64,000 bases of DNA. Source: Mobula hypostoma (Eukaryota). The position numbers and the translations under genes are program-made. Below the pieces are notes generated by a model. The model ran no database searches and was not told the origin of the DNA. It worked only from the letters and a program-made list of their open reading frames with translations. The stretch is from the NCBI RefSeq assembly GCF_963921235.1, contig NC_086101.1, forward strand, positions 4,342,001 to 4,406,000, read 5' to 3'. Below, in pieces: positions 1-12,899 of this stretch. How positions within the stretch are numbered: the stretch's first letter is position 1; every line of letters begins with the position of its first letter.

Positions 1-251
1 TGCTTCCCCTGTCCTTGATTAGACTGCAGTTTCTTGTGGCCAACATCTCCCTCCATTTAATCTTAAGATCATTATCCTCCTCTCATTCAGTTGACTGCCC
101 ATAGGACTGCCATGGAACCCCAGTAGGTGTGCAGCACTTAGATTCTATAAATAATATTAACATTTTCTAAATAAATCCACCCACTTTATACTGACAATTA
201 TCTCTGCTGTTTCATGAAAGCATTATTCTCGATTTTTCTTTTCCATTATTT

Positions 252-2400
252 CACCCTTCCATCTTTCTCAGTTGATGTACGTTAGGCAATACAATTATCA
301 CGGTACATAAAATTAATATTGCAACAGCATGTGATGCTATGCTCACCCATGGATGTTTCTGAACATTTGTTTCCCTATTCCAAAACTTATTCCAAAAATC
401 TGGGTCACTTAATATTTCATACTTTGGTGTGCTTAGTATATTGATGGATTATCTCCGTTGCCTCCTCCATAACGTGTCTGGTCTGCAGTCAAGTGAGGAA
501 TTGGTGGCAACTCAGTAACAACATCGTTCCACATATATTCATCTGTATCAGTGTGTTGTATCTTGAAGTTCTCCTTTGTTACTGTGTCTCCTGCTGGCTG
601 AGGCAAAGTTCGTAATCCAATGGCCAGATCTAAAGTCACATTCCCTACGGCGACATTCTGACTTTCCAAAGGGCATTGTCCCCATCCCTTGGTATAACTT
701 GTGGCCACTGTTGTTATATAATATGTCTGTCCCAACAATGCATCTTGTAAGAAGGACTGATTATTCACAGGAAAAATTGACAATGAATAATTTTCATAAG
801 TACTGAAACCACACTTTGTAAATTTCTGCTGTGTTATTTCTTCTGGACAAGACCAGTGGTCGTCCCTTTGATAAATCTATTCCTTTCCCAGTACCATTCA
901 TAACAATAGCTTGTGTTGGCGGGTATCCATGTATTCTCATGATGTTTACCAACATTGTGAACCCTGTTCAAAGAGTAGGTTGAATTATTTCCATGTCGGG
1001 GAATGTGGAATACCGCTCAGACGTAGAAGCTTCCTTTACCATCATCACAGGTACCCAGTACTCTGTTGGTTATTGTAAGGCTTCTAATATGACACAATGG
1101 CACCCTTTCCCCAACTCAGTCTTTTAGATGCTCATCTGAGACCCAATTTGCTCCTTGATGTGCATCATGTTGCAATAAATTAGTGTGAATCATGGTAAGC
1201 AGCAACTAGCATATGTAGCACGGATTTCAGTTTTATGCATTTCCTTAGACATGAGGTCTATGTGGTCAATAATCAGGTGTGTTGTAAATGAAGGGGCTTC
1301 AGAAATTTAACTGCAGTCCAGAGTTACCTGGGATTCATCTCGACCAATCTGATTAGTTTGTGCCTGATCTTGGTAATTTTCTCTAGTAATATCCCTTATT
1401 TTCTGGAGGATCTGTATCTGGGTTTCTAATTCTGCTATATCTATTGTGTTGACCATTGCCAGCCCTGATGCATAACCTGCTCCCACTCATTCCAATAGTC
1501 CTCTTTTCCTTCTATTTTTGACTGGTTTAAACTCACTCCTGCTTAGTTGTCTCCCAAGAAGGTGAGTACATAATGGTTTTATTGTAGGTGAGCACCATTC
1601 AGGCACCATTATTTCAGTTAGATTAAAGATTACCTCAACATGCTGGTTCCCTTGTATGAAAGTGACAAGCTCCCCCTGTATCTCCTAACACTAATCCTAC
1701 CCCATTTGTATTACGCTGGGTCTCACTACTTTCAGGCTGTGGGGTAGATTCCGTCACTTGTGGGTGTGGAGTAGTGATTTTTCTAAAAGCTTTGTGAACC
1801 TGAAGAGGGCCTGGCCTCTGACAAAAACACTTCGCCGTTCCTTTAGTGTCTTCTCTATTCTACTCTCCCTGTGTGCTACATTCCCATGGGCAGTTCATAA
1901 TGATGGAAGCAACCTTTGAGAAACCACCCCAGTTGATATGCCTCTTGTGTAGATCACTGCCCCGCTCAATATTCACGTGTGTGATCCCACAGAACTGTAA
2001 TCTTACCATGTCCATCATTACCCGAAGGCTGTTCAATAATTGGACGACAGACTGACTTATGATTATCCCCTCCGGGATACTGAATAATGTCATCTCTAGA
2101 ATTTTATTGCATAGGAACTGTACCTTCTGGAACATCTAGGGTTTTGTCCATGCATGTCAACGCATCTACCCAGTATAATACAAACTTGAGTCCTCTATTT
2201 CTCCTTTGTTAGACCGTATTTCCTGTGTCCATTGAGAAAATTCTTTTTTGTTCACTAAGGGTTTTCCAAGCAACGACATCACTGTTGACATGTTTGTCTG
2301 CTATACTGGCTCTGGAACAAGAATGACCATGGCCCCAGTCATGGTTAATTCCATCGCAACAAAGTATATTATTCTCTTCACGTTAAATTAAACTTGTAAC
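252..2400 (-). pseudogene. env: ERV env remnant, class I fusion glycoprotein (5' boundary uncertain)
   Basis: KNRRKR|GLLE*VGAGYASGLAMVNTIDIAELETQIQIL (RRKR at 1502-1513), Cys-containing ectodomain (433-783), DFWNKFW membrane-proximal region and TM WVSIASHAVAILILCTVIIVL (~286-350). Confidence 0.8.
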
Positions 2401-2769
2401 ACACAAAGGTAATATATGCTCATATTTCAGTTTAAATCTTAAATTATGCTGTCCATATTTTCTATTTGTTTTTCCAAATCATCTAATCCAGACTCCCAAT
2501 TGCCTTTGGACTCAAGGTATCCATTTTTCTTCACCCAATTTTGTTTCAGGATAGGAGACACCTGGCATATTTTCCTTTTCCTTTGATTTTTTTTGACAAA
2601 ACTCCCCTGTTTCTCAGGATGAGAGAACTGAAAATCATCTCCTTGGTAGGACCTGTTCACATCCTTTTGGAACAGTTGTTCCAGCCTCAAGTCTCCCAAA
2701 TTAAATCTATCATGTACATCAATTTTATGTGCCAATGGTGATAACATTCTTGTTTCTCCCTCACCAATT

Positions 2770-4280
2770 TTAGCTGGGTGATATGGTACTTCTATCTGGA
2801 GAAGTCAGTACTTTGTCCACTGAAGGACTTGTTTTGTCTATAATTTCATAGGGCCCTGCAAACCTTGGATTTAAAAATGAGGTGGGTTGGTGTATTCTAA
2901 TAATCGCTCTTTGTCCTGGGCTTAATTGTATGGGACTGACTTTTGAGTCAAAGTAGGCTTTACTCTCTTGCTTCTTCTTTCCTGTTTGGTGGGCTGCCAC
3001 ATAATTGGCCTCTTTTACTGTCTCTACCAATTGTTGTGCCCACTTTTCTGATACAATCCCATCGATTTTTGGGTTCTGACAAATCTAATCCTAATAACTC
3101 TAATCCTCTCATGTCCCTTCAGGGCATGAGTTTATAAAGGGTGTTACCAGTTGAAGATGTCACTGTATTCCTTATTATCATCACAGCATATGGCAAAACT
3201 ACTTGCCATGTTGTTCCATATTGTTGCACCATTTTTGCAATAATTTTTTAGTGTTCAATACATCCTTTCCACAATTCCACTGGACTGTGATCTATAGGGT
3301 ATATGAAATCTCTGCTTGATACCTAAAAGTGCCATGACATCTTGCATTATCTGAGCCATGAAATGTGTGCCTTGATCCGATTCGATACTCCGGGGTAGTC
3401 GCCAGCGAGTGCATATCCTTTCCAATAAGAATGTTGCAGTGGCCTTTACTGTGCTTGTCTTAGCCGAGAAAGCTTTCACCCACTTTGTAAAGGTATCTTA
3501 TTGCTACCTGAATATAATTGTACCCTCCTGGGGTGGATGGTAAGGGACCAACATAATCTGTCTGCAAATTAGTCCAAGGCCCTTTCACGGATCTAGTGCA
3601 TCAAAGGGCTCCTTTCTTTACATTTCTGTCAGGTTATATTGTGCACAAATCAAGTAATTTTTGACAATGCTCCATATCATCCTTCATCTTAGGTCACCAG
3701 CTCACTTCCTTGATCTTTTCCAGGGTGCTTTCCTGGTGTCCTCATAGATCATGGTACCAATAGATCATGTGGTTTCTTCCTCCCTGTGGAACCATAAGCT
3801 TTCCTTCATGAAGGACAACTCCATCATTGAGAAACACTCTCTTGTGCTCTTTGTATATTTCAGACCCTGCACCTTCTATCAATTTTTTAATTCTTTGTCT
3901 TTCTTCTGCTCCTCTGTTAATCCATGACCTTAGTCTGTTCCTTCTGCCTCCCAAACTCCCCAATCTGTGGCTACCAATCCTGCCCAAATAAAGCACCTTG
4001 CTTCATCAATTCGACAGCCTTTCTGTTTCTCTCAGGAGATAATTTAGAGTGGCCTTTTGTCTTTATGGCTGCATATTCTTTTCCCTTTGCCTCCTGAAAT
4101 ATATATTGTAATAAAGCAGCAGATGGGAGGGGCTTCCTGTCAGCTGAAACAAGCCCTTTGGTTTCCCACAGAGACAAATGTTCTGTAAGGCTGTTAGAAA
4201 CATACATACTGTTAGAGTGTAAGATTGACCCGAGCAGAAGACGTTCTGGTGGCTAACCACATACAGCTGCCAATTCTGCT
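2770..4280 (-). pseudogene. pol: ERV pol remnant (RNase H + integrase with GPY/F motif)
   Basis: ORF pieces 3971-4207, 3742-3996, 3255-3479, 2770-3030. Confidence 0.88.
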
Positions 4281-5662
4281 GTTACAAGACAACCATACAT
4301 CAATACAGCCAAATGAAACAGAGTTCTTCTGGGCTGGGGCCAAGGTGCAAAATGCAAAACCAATGGCTTGAATTGAATTGAATTGACTTTATTACTTACA
4401 TCCTTCATATCCATGAGGAGTAAAAATCTTTATGTTACGTCTCTGTCTAAATGGGCAATGTGCAATTTATAGTAACTTGTAATAATATGTACAACAAGAC
4501 AGTCAATATTACATAGAAATACAATTGTACATGTATTAATCCATCTGATGGCCTGGTGGAAGAAGCTGTCCCGGAGCCTGTTGGTCCTAGCTTTTGTGCT
4601 GCAGTACCATTTCCCGGATGGTAGCAGCTGGAACAGTTTGTGGTTGGGGTGACTTGGGTCCCCAATGATCCTTCGGGTCCTTTTTACACACCTGTCTTTA
4701 TAAATGTCCTGAATAGTGGGAAGTTCACATCTACAGATGCGCTGGGCTGTCTGCACCACTCTCTGTGATTGAGGGAAGTACAGTTCCCATACCAGGCAGT
4801 GATGTAGCCAGTGAGGATGTTGTCAATTGTGCCCCTGTAGAAAGTCCTTTGGATTTGGGGGCCCATACTAAACTTCTTTAACTGTCTGAGGTGAAAGAGG
4901 CGTTATTGTGTTTTTTCACCACACCTCTGGTACGTACAAATCACGTTAGACCCTCGGTGATGTGTGTGCCGAGGAACTTAAAGCTGTTCACCCTCTCAAC
5001 CCCAGATCCACTGATCTCAATAGAGGTTAGCTTGTCTCCATTCCTCCTATAGTCCACAACCAGCTCCTTTGCTCTTGTGACATTGAGGGAGAGGTTGATT
5101 TCTTGACACCACTGTGTCAGGGTGATGACTTCTTTTCTGCAGGTTGCCTCGTTATTTGAGCTTAGGCCAATCAATGTAGCATGGTCAGCAAATTTAATTA
5201 GCAGATTGGAGCTGTGGGTGGTTGCACAGTCATGGGTATACAGGGAGTAAAGGAGGGGGCTTAGAGCACAGCCCTGAGGGGCACCTGTGTTGAGGGTCAG
5301 AGGGGAGAGGTAAGGGAACCCACTCTTACCACCTGCCGGCGATCTGACAGGAAGTCCAGGATCCAGCAACATAAGGCAGGGCGAAGGATGAGGTCTCTGA
5401 GCTTCTTGTCGAGCCTGGAGATAATTATGGTGTTGAATGCTGAACTGTAGTCCAAGAACAGCATTCTCACAAAAGCATCCTTCTATTCCAGATGTGTAGA
5501 GCTGTGGCTGTTGCGTCATTTGTCGATTGATTGTGTTGGTAGGTAAATTGTGAGGGTTCCAGTGTGGGTGGCAGCATGCTGCAGCATTGACCAGCCTCTC
5601 AAAGTATTTGCTTATTATTGAGGTGAGTGTGACAGGGCGCCAGTCATTCAGACATAATACTT

Positions 5663-6325
5663 TGCAACACACACAAAATGCTGGTGAACGCAGCAGGCCA
5701 GGCAGCACCTCTAGGAAGAGGTACAGTCAACGTTTCGGGCCGAGACCCTTCATCAGGACTAACCGAAAGAAGAGATAGTAAGAGATTTGAAAGTGGGAGG
5801 GGGAAGGGGAGATCTGAAATGATAGGAGAAGACAGGAGGGGGAAGAGATGGAGCCAGGAGCTGAAAAGTTGATTGGCAAAAGGGATATGAGAGGATCATG
5901 GGACAGGAGGCCCAGGGAGAAAGAAAGGGGGAGGGGGGAAGCCCAGAGGATGGACAAGGAGTATAATGAGAGGGACAGAGGGAGAAAAAAGAGAGAGAAA
6001 AAAGGGGAATAATAATAATAAATAAATAAATAATGGATGGGGTACGAAGGGGAGGTGGGGTATTAGCGGAAGTTAGAGAAGTCGATGTTCATGCCATCAG
6101 GTTGGAGGCTACCCAGACGGAATATAAGGTGTTGTTCCTCCAACCTGAGTGTGGCTTCATTTTTACAGTAGAGGAGGCCGTGGATAGACATATCAGAATG
6201 GGAAGGGGATGTAGAATTATAATGTGTGGCCACTGGGAGATACTGCTTTCTCTGGCGGACAGAGCGTAGGTGTTTAGCGAAACGGTCTCCCGGCCTGCGT
6301 CGGGTCTCGCCAATATATAGAAGGG
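5663..6325 (-). mobile_element. Penelope-like element 3' fragment (GIY-YIG endonuclease end)
   Basis: - strand reads LLYIGETRRRPGDRFAKHLRSV; related remnants at ~16960-17050, 37455-37720, 37960-38040. Confidence 0.75.
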
Positions 6326-6535
6326 TCTTTTTGGGTACAGGACAACGGTGGATGCTTTGGAGCAGGAGGACATTCTACACTGGGAGAGGGAAAGATTAAA
6401 AATGTCTGTAAACACACCTGCCAGTTGTGCCGCGCATACTTTGAGTACCCTCCCTGGGATGCCATCCGGTCCCGCAGCCTTGCGACCTGCCCACTTGTTG
6501 GAGACACCTGTGTACTTCAGCCTCGAGTTGACTGA

Positions 6536-7002
6536 AGCCCAATTTATACTTCTGCGTCAAATGTGCGCCGTAGGTACCGCATACCCTACGCCGTAGGGTG
6601 ATGTGCACCTCCCCAAAAAAGTAACTCGCACGTCGTGGCGACGCAGACCACAACAACTGTGATTGGTCCGCTTGGTAGCATCACATTTCCTCCTACACAT
6701 TTTCGGTTGCATTTCTCCGCCATGTCTGTACACTGGTGCAAGATAAATGGTTGGAGACAAAGAACCAAATCGTCAAATCTACCTGCCGACATCCGAAAAT
6801 ATTTGAAATGCATTTCCTCATCCACATCTGTCACAAAGAAACTCAACACAGTGGCATAGAAACCCCACCGCCAACTAGCGTTTTGGCGGTGAATTGCAGA
6901 GCGAGGTAGACACAACTATGCATGTTTGCTACAGCGTAGGGCTACGCAAAAGTATAAATCAGGCCTACGGCGTAGCCTGTACGCGCAAGTATAAATCAGG
7001 CT
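6536..7002 (-). mobile_element. Non-autonomous PIF/Harbinger-like DNA transposon
   Basis: TIRs agcccaatttatacttctgcgt / acgcgcaagtataaatcaggct, flanking TGA/TAA (TWA-type TSD), transposase remnant [16 protein letters not shown]. Confidence 0.7.
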
Positions 7003-7257
7003 TAAGGCGCAGGTCACTTTGGCAACTCTCCTCGGGCTCAGTGTTGGCGACATCGAACTAAGAGTGAAAAAGGATTTAGCTCATCTGGGAGAGAGGCAGC
7101 GATGTTGGAAACACCACTGCGTTTAGCTTTGAAGTCTGTGATGGTATGCTGACCTTGCCATAAGCTGAGTGTGTTGTTGATGGAGAGCTGTGTCTGGATC
7201 TTGTCCCTGTATTGTCGTTTCACTGCCTTGATGACTTTACGCAGATCGTAGCGGCAC

Positions 7258-9045
7258 ATAGAAACATAGAAAACCTACAGCACAATACAATGCTGTGCCA
7301 AACATGTACTTACTTTAGAAATTACCTAGAGTTACCCGTAGCCCTCTATTTCTCTAAGCTCCATGTACCTATCCAGGAGTCTCTTAAAGGACCCTATCTT
7401 ATCTGCTTCCACCACTGTCGCTGGCAGCCCATTCCACGCACTCACCACTCCCTGAGTAAAAAAACTTACCCCTGACATCTCCACTGTACCTGCTTCCAAG
7501 CACCTTAAAACTGCTCTCTCGTGTAAACCATTTCAGCCCTGGGAAAAAGCCTCTGACTATCCACACGATCAATGCCTCTCATCATCTTATACACCTCTGT
7601 CAGGTCACCTCTCATCCTCCGCTGCTCCAAGGAGACAAGGCCGAGTTCACTCAACCTGTTCTCATAAGGCATGCTCCCCAATCCAGGCAACATCCTTGTA
7701 AATCTCTCCACCCTTTCTGTAGTTTCCACATCCTTCCTGTAGTGAGGCAACCAGAACTGAGCACCGTACTCCAAGTGGAGTCTGGCCAGGGTCCTATATA
7801 GCTGTAACATTACCTCTCGGCTCCTAAATTCAATCCCACGGTTGATGAAGGCCAATACACCGTATGTCACAGGGTCAACCTGCGCAGCTGTTTTGAGTGA
7901 CCTATGGACTCGGACCTCAAGATCACTCTGATCCTCCACACTGCCAAGAGTCTTACCATTAATACTATATTCTGCCATTGGATTTGACCTACCAAGATGA
8001 ACCACCTCACACTTATCTGGGTTGAACTCCATCTGCCATTTCTCAGCCCAGTTTTGCATCCTATCGATGTCCCGCTGTAACCTCTGACAGGTCTCCACAC
8101 TATCCACAACACTCCTAACCTTTGTGTCATCAGCAAATTTACTAACCCATCCCTCCACTTCCTCATCCAGGTTATTTATAAAAATCACGAAGAGAAGGGG
8201 TCCCAGAACAGATCCTTGAGGCACAGCACTGGTCACCGACCTCCATGCAGAATATGACCCGTTTATAACCACTGTTTGCCTTCTGTGGGCAAGCCAGTTC
8301 TGGATCCACAAAGCAAGATCCCATGCCTCGTTACTTTCTCTATATACCTTATCAAATGGCTTGCTGAAATCCATTTACAATACATGTACTGCTCCACCTT
8401 CATTAATGTGTTTAGTCACATCCTCAAAAAATTCAGTCAGGCTTGTAAGGCACTTTGTATGGCCTTTGACAAAGCCATGCTGACTATTCCTAATCATATT
8501 ATGCCTCTGCAAATGTTCATAAATCCTGCCTCCCCCGATCTCTTCCATCGAGTTACCAACCACTGAAGTAAGACTCACTGGTCTATAATTTCCTGGGCTA
8601 TCTCTGCTCCCTTTCTTGAACAACATCTGCAACCCTCCAATCCTCTGGAACTTCTCCTGTCACCATTGATGATGCAAAGATCATCGCCAGAGGCTCAGCA
8701 ATCTCCTCCCTCGCCTCCCACAGTAGCCTGGGGTACGTCTTGTCCATTCCTGGAGACTTATCAACTTGATGCTTTCCAAAAGCTCTCTTTCTTAATGTCT
8801 GTGTGCTCAAGCATTTCATTCTGCTGTAAGTCATCTCCACAATCACCAAGATCCTTTTCCGTGTGAATACTGAAGCAAAGTATTCTTCAAGTACCTCTGC
8901 TATCTCCTCTGGTTCCATACACACTTTTCCATTGTCACACTTGATTGGTCCTATTCTCTCATGTCTTATGTCTTGGCGTTTTCTTTAGTCCTGCTCGCCA
9001 AGGCCTTCTCATGGCCCCTTCTGGCTTTCCTGATTTCATTCTTAA
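7258..9045 (-). mobile_element. CR1 LINE, 5'-truncated, degenerate RT
   Basis: ORFs 7505-8374, 8375-8632, 8598-8924 (PQGSVLGPLLF..KFADDTK); (TTCTATG) tail at 7258. Confidence 0.93.
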
Positions 9046-9742
9046 GCTTGAGTTCCAGTTGGTCACCGGCAACATAAGCTCTGTCTTGCACGCTAAATGC
9101 TGCTCACACGGAACTGTTGATCCAGGGTTTCTGGTTTGGGTAGACACTAATGGATTTCTGGGGGACAACATCCTTGATGCACTTCTGGATGAAACTTGTG
9201 ACTCCTTCCGTGAACTCGGAAACATCCTCATCATGAAAGACATTCCAGTTGAAGTCATTAAAGCAGTCCTGTAGCATTGAGGCAGATTGGTCTGACCAAC
9301 AGCGGATGGTTTTAACTGGAGAGGACAAGTTGTCATGATTTCAGAAAAACATCCAGTCTGAGAAGATCATAAGAGGATATTGCGGTACTAGAGAGGCAAG
9401 ATATGTTTTGGAACAATCTATCGGTTTATATTTAAACAATTAGTAGAATCGAGCACAGTTCTTGGACTATTTTATAGACTGGCAACTAGTGGGAAGGGTA
9501 TTGTGGAGTCATAGAAAATTATAGCACACAAATGGGCCCTTCAGCCCATCTAGTCCGGGCAGAACCCATTTAAGCTGCGTAGTCCCAATTTCCTGCACAG
9601 TGACCATAGCCCTCCATACCCTTACCATTCATGTACCTATCCAAATTTCTCTTAAATGTCAAGATCAGGCTTGCATGCACCTCTTGCGTTGGCAGCTCAT
9701 TCCACACTCGCACGACCCTCTGTGAAGCTGTTTCCCCACAAG

Positions 9743-11398
9743 TCTATGGAATTGAGGGAATCAAGCAGTGAGATCATGGAAACTGTACAGATTGAAAAGG
9801 AGGAGGTGCTTGCTGTCTTGAGGAAAATTAAAGTGGATAAATCCCCGGGACCTGACAGAGTGTTCCCTCGGACCTTGAAGGAGACTATTGTTGAAATTGC
9901 GGGGGCCCTGGCAGAAATATTTAAAATGTCGCTGTCTACGGGTGAGGTGCTGGAGGATTGGAGAGTGCCTCATGTTGTTCCGTTGTTTAAAAAAGGATCG
10001 AAAAGTAATCCAGGAAATTATGGGCCGGTGAGTTTAACGTCGGTAGTGGTAAGTTATTGGAGGGAGTACTAAGGGACAGAATCTACAAGCATTTGGATAG
10101 ACAGGGACTTATTAGGGAGAGTCAACATGGCTTTGTGCGTGGTAGGTCATGTTTGACCAATCTATTGGAGTTTTTCGAGGAGGTTACCAGGAAAGTGGAT
10201 GAAGGGAAGGCAGTGGATATTGTCTACATGGATTTCAGTAAGGCCTTTGACAAGGTCCCGCATGGGAGGTTAGTTAGGAAACTTCAGTCGCTAGGTATAC
10301 ATGGAGAGGTGGTAAATTGGATTAGACATTGGCTCTATGGAAGAAGCCAGAGAGTGGTGGTAGAGAATTGCTTCTCTGAGTGGAGGCCTGTGACTAGTGG
10401 TGTGCCACAGGGATCAGTGCTGGGTCCATTGTTATTTGTCATCTATATCAATGATCTGGATGATAATGTGGTAAATTGGATCAGCAAATTTGCTGATGAT
10501 ACAAAGATTGGAGGTGTAGTAGACAGTGAGGAAGGTTTTCAGGGCCTGCAGAGGGACTTGGACCAGCTGGAAAAATGGGCTGAAAAATGGCAGATGGAGT
10601 TTAATACAGACAAGTGTGAGGTATTGCACGTTGGAAGGACAAACCAAGGTAGAACACACAGGGTTAATGGTAAGGCACTGAGGAGTGCAGTGGAACAGAG
10701 GGATCTGGGAATACAGATACAAAATTCCCTAAAAGTGGCGTCACAAGTAGATAGGGTCGTAAAGAGAGCTTTTGGTACATTGGCCTTTATTAATCAAAGT
10801 ATTGAGTATAAGAGCTGGAATGTTATGGTGAGGTTGTCTAAGACATTGGTGAGGCCAAATCTGGAGTATTGTGTTCAGTTTTGGTCACCAAATTACAGGA
10901 AGGATATAAATAAGGTTGAAAGAGTGCAGAGAAGGTTTACAAGGATGTTGCCGGGACTTGAGAAACTCAGTTACAGAGAAAGGTTGAATAGGTTAGGACT
11001 TTATTCCCTGGGGCGTAGAAGAATGAGGGGAGACTTGATAGAGGTATATAAAATTATGATGGGTATAGATAGAGTGAATGCAAGCAGACTTTTTCCACTG
11101 AGGCAAGGGGAGAAAAAAACCAGAGGACATGGGTTAAGGGTGAGGGGGGAAAAGTTTAAAGGGAACATTAGGGGGGGCTTCTTCACACAGAGAGTGGTGG
11201 GAGTATGGAATGAGCTGCCAGACGAGGTGGTAAATGCGGGTTCTTTTTTAACATTTAAGGATAAATTGGACAGATACATGGATGGGAGGTGTATGGAGGG
11301 ATATGGTCCGTATGCAGGTCAGTGGGACTAGGCAGAAAATGGTTCAGCACAGCCAAGAAAGGCCTGTTTCTGTGCTGTAGTTTCTATGGTTTCTATGT
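9743..11398 (+). mobile_element. Young 5'-truncated CR1 LINE with 424-aa open RT/C-terminal ORF, inserted into an older - strand CR1 3' fragment (~9510-9742, 11399-11485)
   Basis: ORF 10057-11331 uninterrupted, FADD motif, tttctatggtttctatg tail. Confidence 0.95.
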
Positions 11399-11744
11399 TC
11401 TCCTTAAACCTTTCACCTTTTACCTTTAACCCATGACCTCTAAATGTAGTCTCACTCTAGCTCAGTAGAAAAAGCCTGCTTGCAAGTGTCTGGTTTAACA
11501 ACTGCCTGTTCACTAACTTGACTTGCCTAACTCCTGTTGCAAAGCTGGAAACCTGTGTAAACTGTGTTACCTCTATGTAAAGGCAGACGTCACTTTTGTT
11601 CAAGAAAATTGTCAAATGTTTATGAGCTGAAAAGGCTTGTGATGCACTGGAGGGAAGTGCAGTTTGCCGGTGTATACATTCATGAAGACACAAGTGTATA
11701 CATGCACACACACATTTCAATATTCGCTCAGCCGCTTTTCTCTT

Positions 11745-12090
11745 TGAGTGAAGGAGGGTGAGTATCAATCTCACAGAGTGGACAGCCAGCGTCTTTTTCC
11801 CAGGGTGGAAATGGATAATTCCAGGGGGCATAATTTTAAGATGACTGGAGGAAAGTATTAGGGGATGTCAAAAGTAGGCTTTTTTATAGGGAGAGTGGTG
11901 GATGCATAGAACACTCTGCTGGGGTGTCGGTAGAGGCAAATACATTGGGGACATTTAAGAGACTTTTAGATCGGCACATGGATAATAGAAGAATGGAGGA
12001 TTATGTAGGAGGGAAGAGGTAGATTGATTTTGGAGTAGATTGAAAGGTTGGCACAACATTGTAGGCCGAAAGGCCTGTTTTGGACTGTTC
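11745..12090 (+). mobile_element. CR1 3' fragment
   Basis: Similar to the CR1 3' ends elsewhere in the window. Confidence 0.75.
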
Positions 12091-12133
12091 TGTTCTGTGT
12101 AACTTATGTGAGCTTGTGATAATTTCCCAACAG

Positions 12134-12286
12134 AGCTTGGCGGAGAAGTTGGGGACTCTGCCCACGGAGCGGATGAGCCAGCCAACTGTGGGACCAGCGG
12201 TGGCAGTGCACGCAGCCCTGCCTCAGGACGAGAGCCAAGAGATCCACAGAGCGAGGAAGTCGATACTGAAAGGTGGCATCAGTCAG
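12134..12286 (+). CDS. EHMT2: EHMT2 exon (phase 0-0, 153 nt), histone-mimic copy 1: SLAEK...EIHRARKSILKGGISQ
   Basis: ttcccaacag acceptor, CAG|gtaccg donor, open frame, HRARKS at 12245-12262. Confidence 0.8.
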
Positions 12287-12899
12287 GTACCGGCCCAGTG
12301 TGGAAGTCGTAGAGAGAACTTATTTCTTGTTGTCCTTGCCCTCAAAGTCCAGGAGGGAGTTACAGGTCATTGTCACTCCCCATTCATGCCCCACTATACT
12401 GAGTCAGACTGACTTCTACAGGCTTTACACCATAGGAGGTCAAAAGGTCGGCATGTTGTGGAATGTTCTGTAGTGTTCTATGCTCTACGTTCACTTTCCC
12501 TCTTTTTTTCTCTCTCTCATCCTCATAGAACAGAACATTACAGCACAGTTCCTGCCCTTGGACTCACTCATAAGACATGTTCTCTAATCCAGGCAGCATC
12601 TTGGTAAATCTCTGCTGTCTCTAAAGCTTCTACATCCTTCTTATAATGAGGCAACCAGAACTGAGCACGGTACTACAAGTGTGTACGTTGAATTTTGCCC
12701 TGCTTATCTCTGCTTCATAATCTGCTGTTTCCCCAACCACCCTCACACCGTCTTCCCACCTATTTAATTAAATTCAAATCAAGTTTAATTGTTATTCAAC
12801 CCCGAGACTTGAGGCCTAGGCCTTGCTGCAACCGAGTCTACTCAGCTCTCTCTCCATCCTGCCCATGCTCTCAACCACTCATTTGGCAAATCGAACTTG

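Larger units (their letters stand above)
1..4280 (-). mobile_element. Degenerate endogenous retrovirus (RNase H - integrase - env), loki-/spuma-like; 5' part absent
   Basis: - strand fragments: RNase H (AELAAV..YVSNSLTEHL.W..G..SAD.KP..KGHS), integrase (HHCC remnant, GPWTNLQTDYVGPLP, IESDQGTHF..HIPYRSQSSGIVER, PRFAGPYEI), env with RRKR furin site and TM anchor; many stops and frameshifts. Confidence 0.88.
4370..9335 (-). mobile_element. Rex/Babar-type LINE, fragmented by three nested insertions (pieces ~4370-5662, 6326-6535, 7003-7257, 9045-9335)
   Basis: RT peptides NTGAPQGCALSPLLYSLYTHDC..KFAD, TFYRGTIDNILTGYITAWYGNC, YPNQKPWIN; (AATTC)n tail at ~4370. Confidence 0.85.

Noticed and set aside
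1..250. Possible ERV 3' LTR or accessory gene
   Set aside because: No polypurine tract/TG boundary or open frame could be identified with confidence; truncated by the window edge.
10057..11331. 424-aa ORF as a host or domesticated gene
   Set aside because: Plain CR1 ORF2 fragment with its own 3' tail, 5'-truncated.
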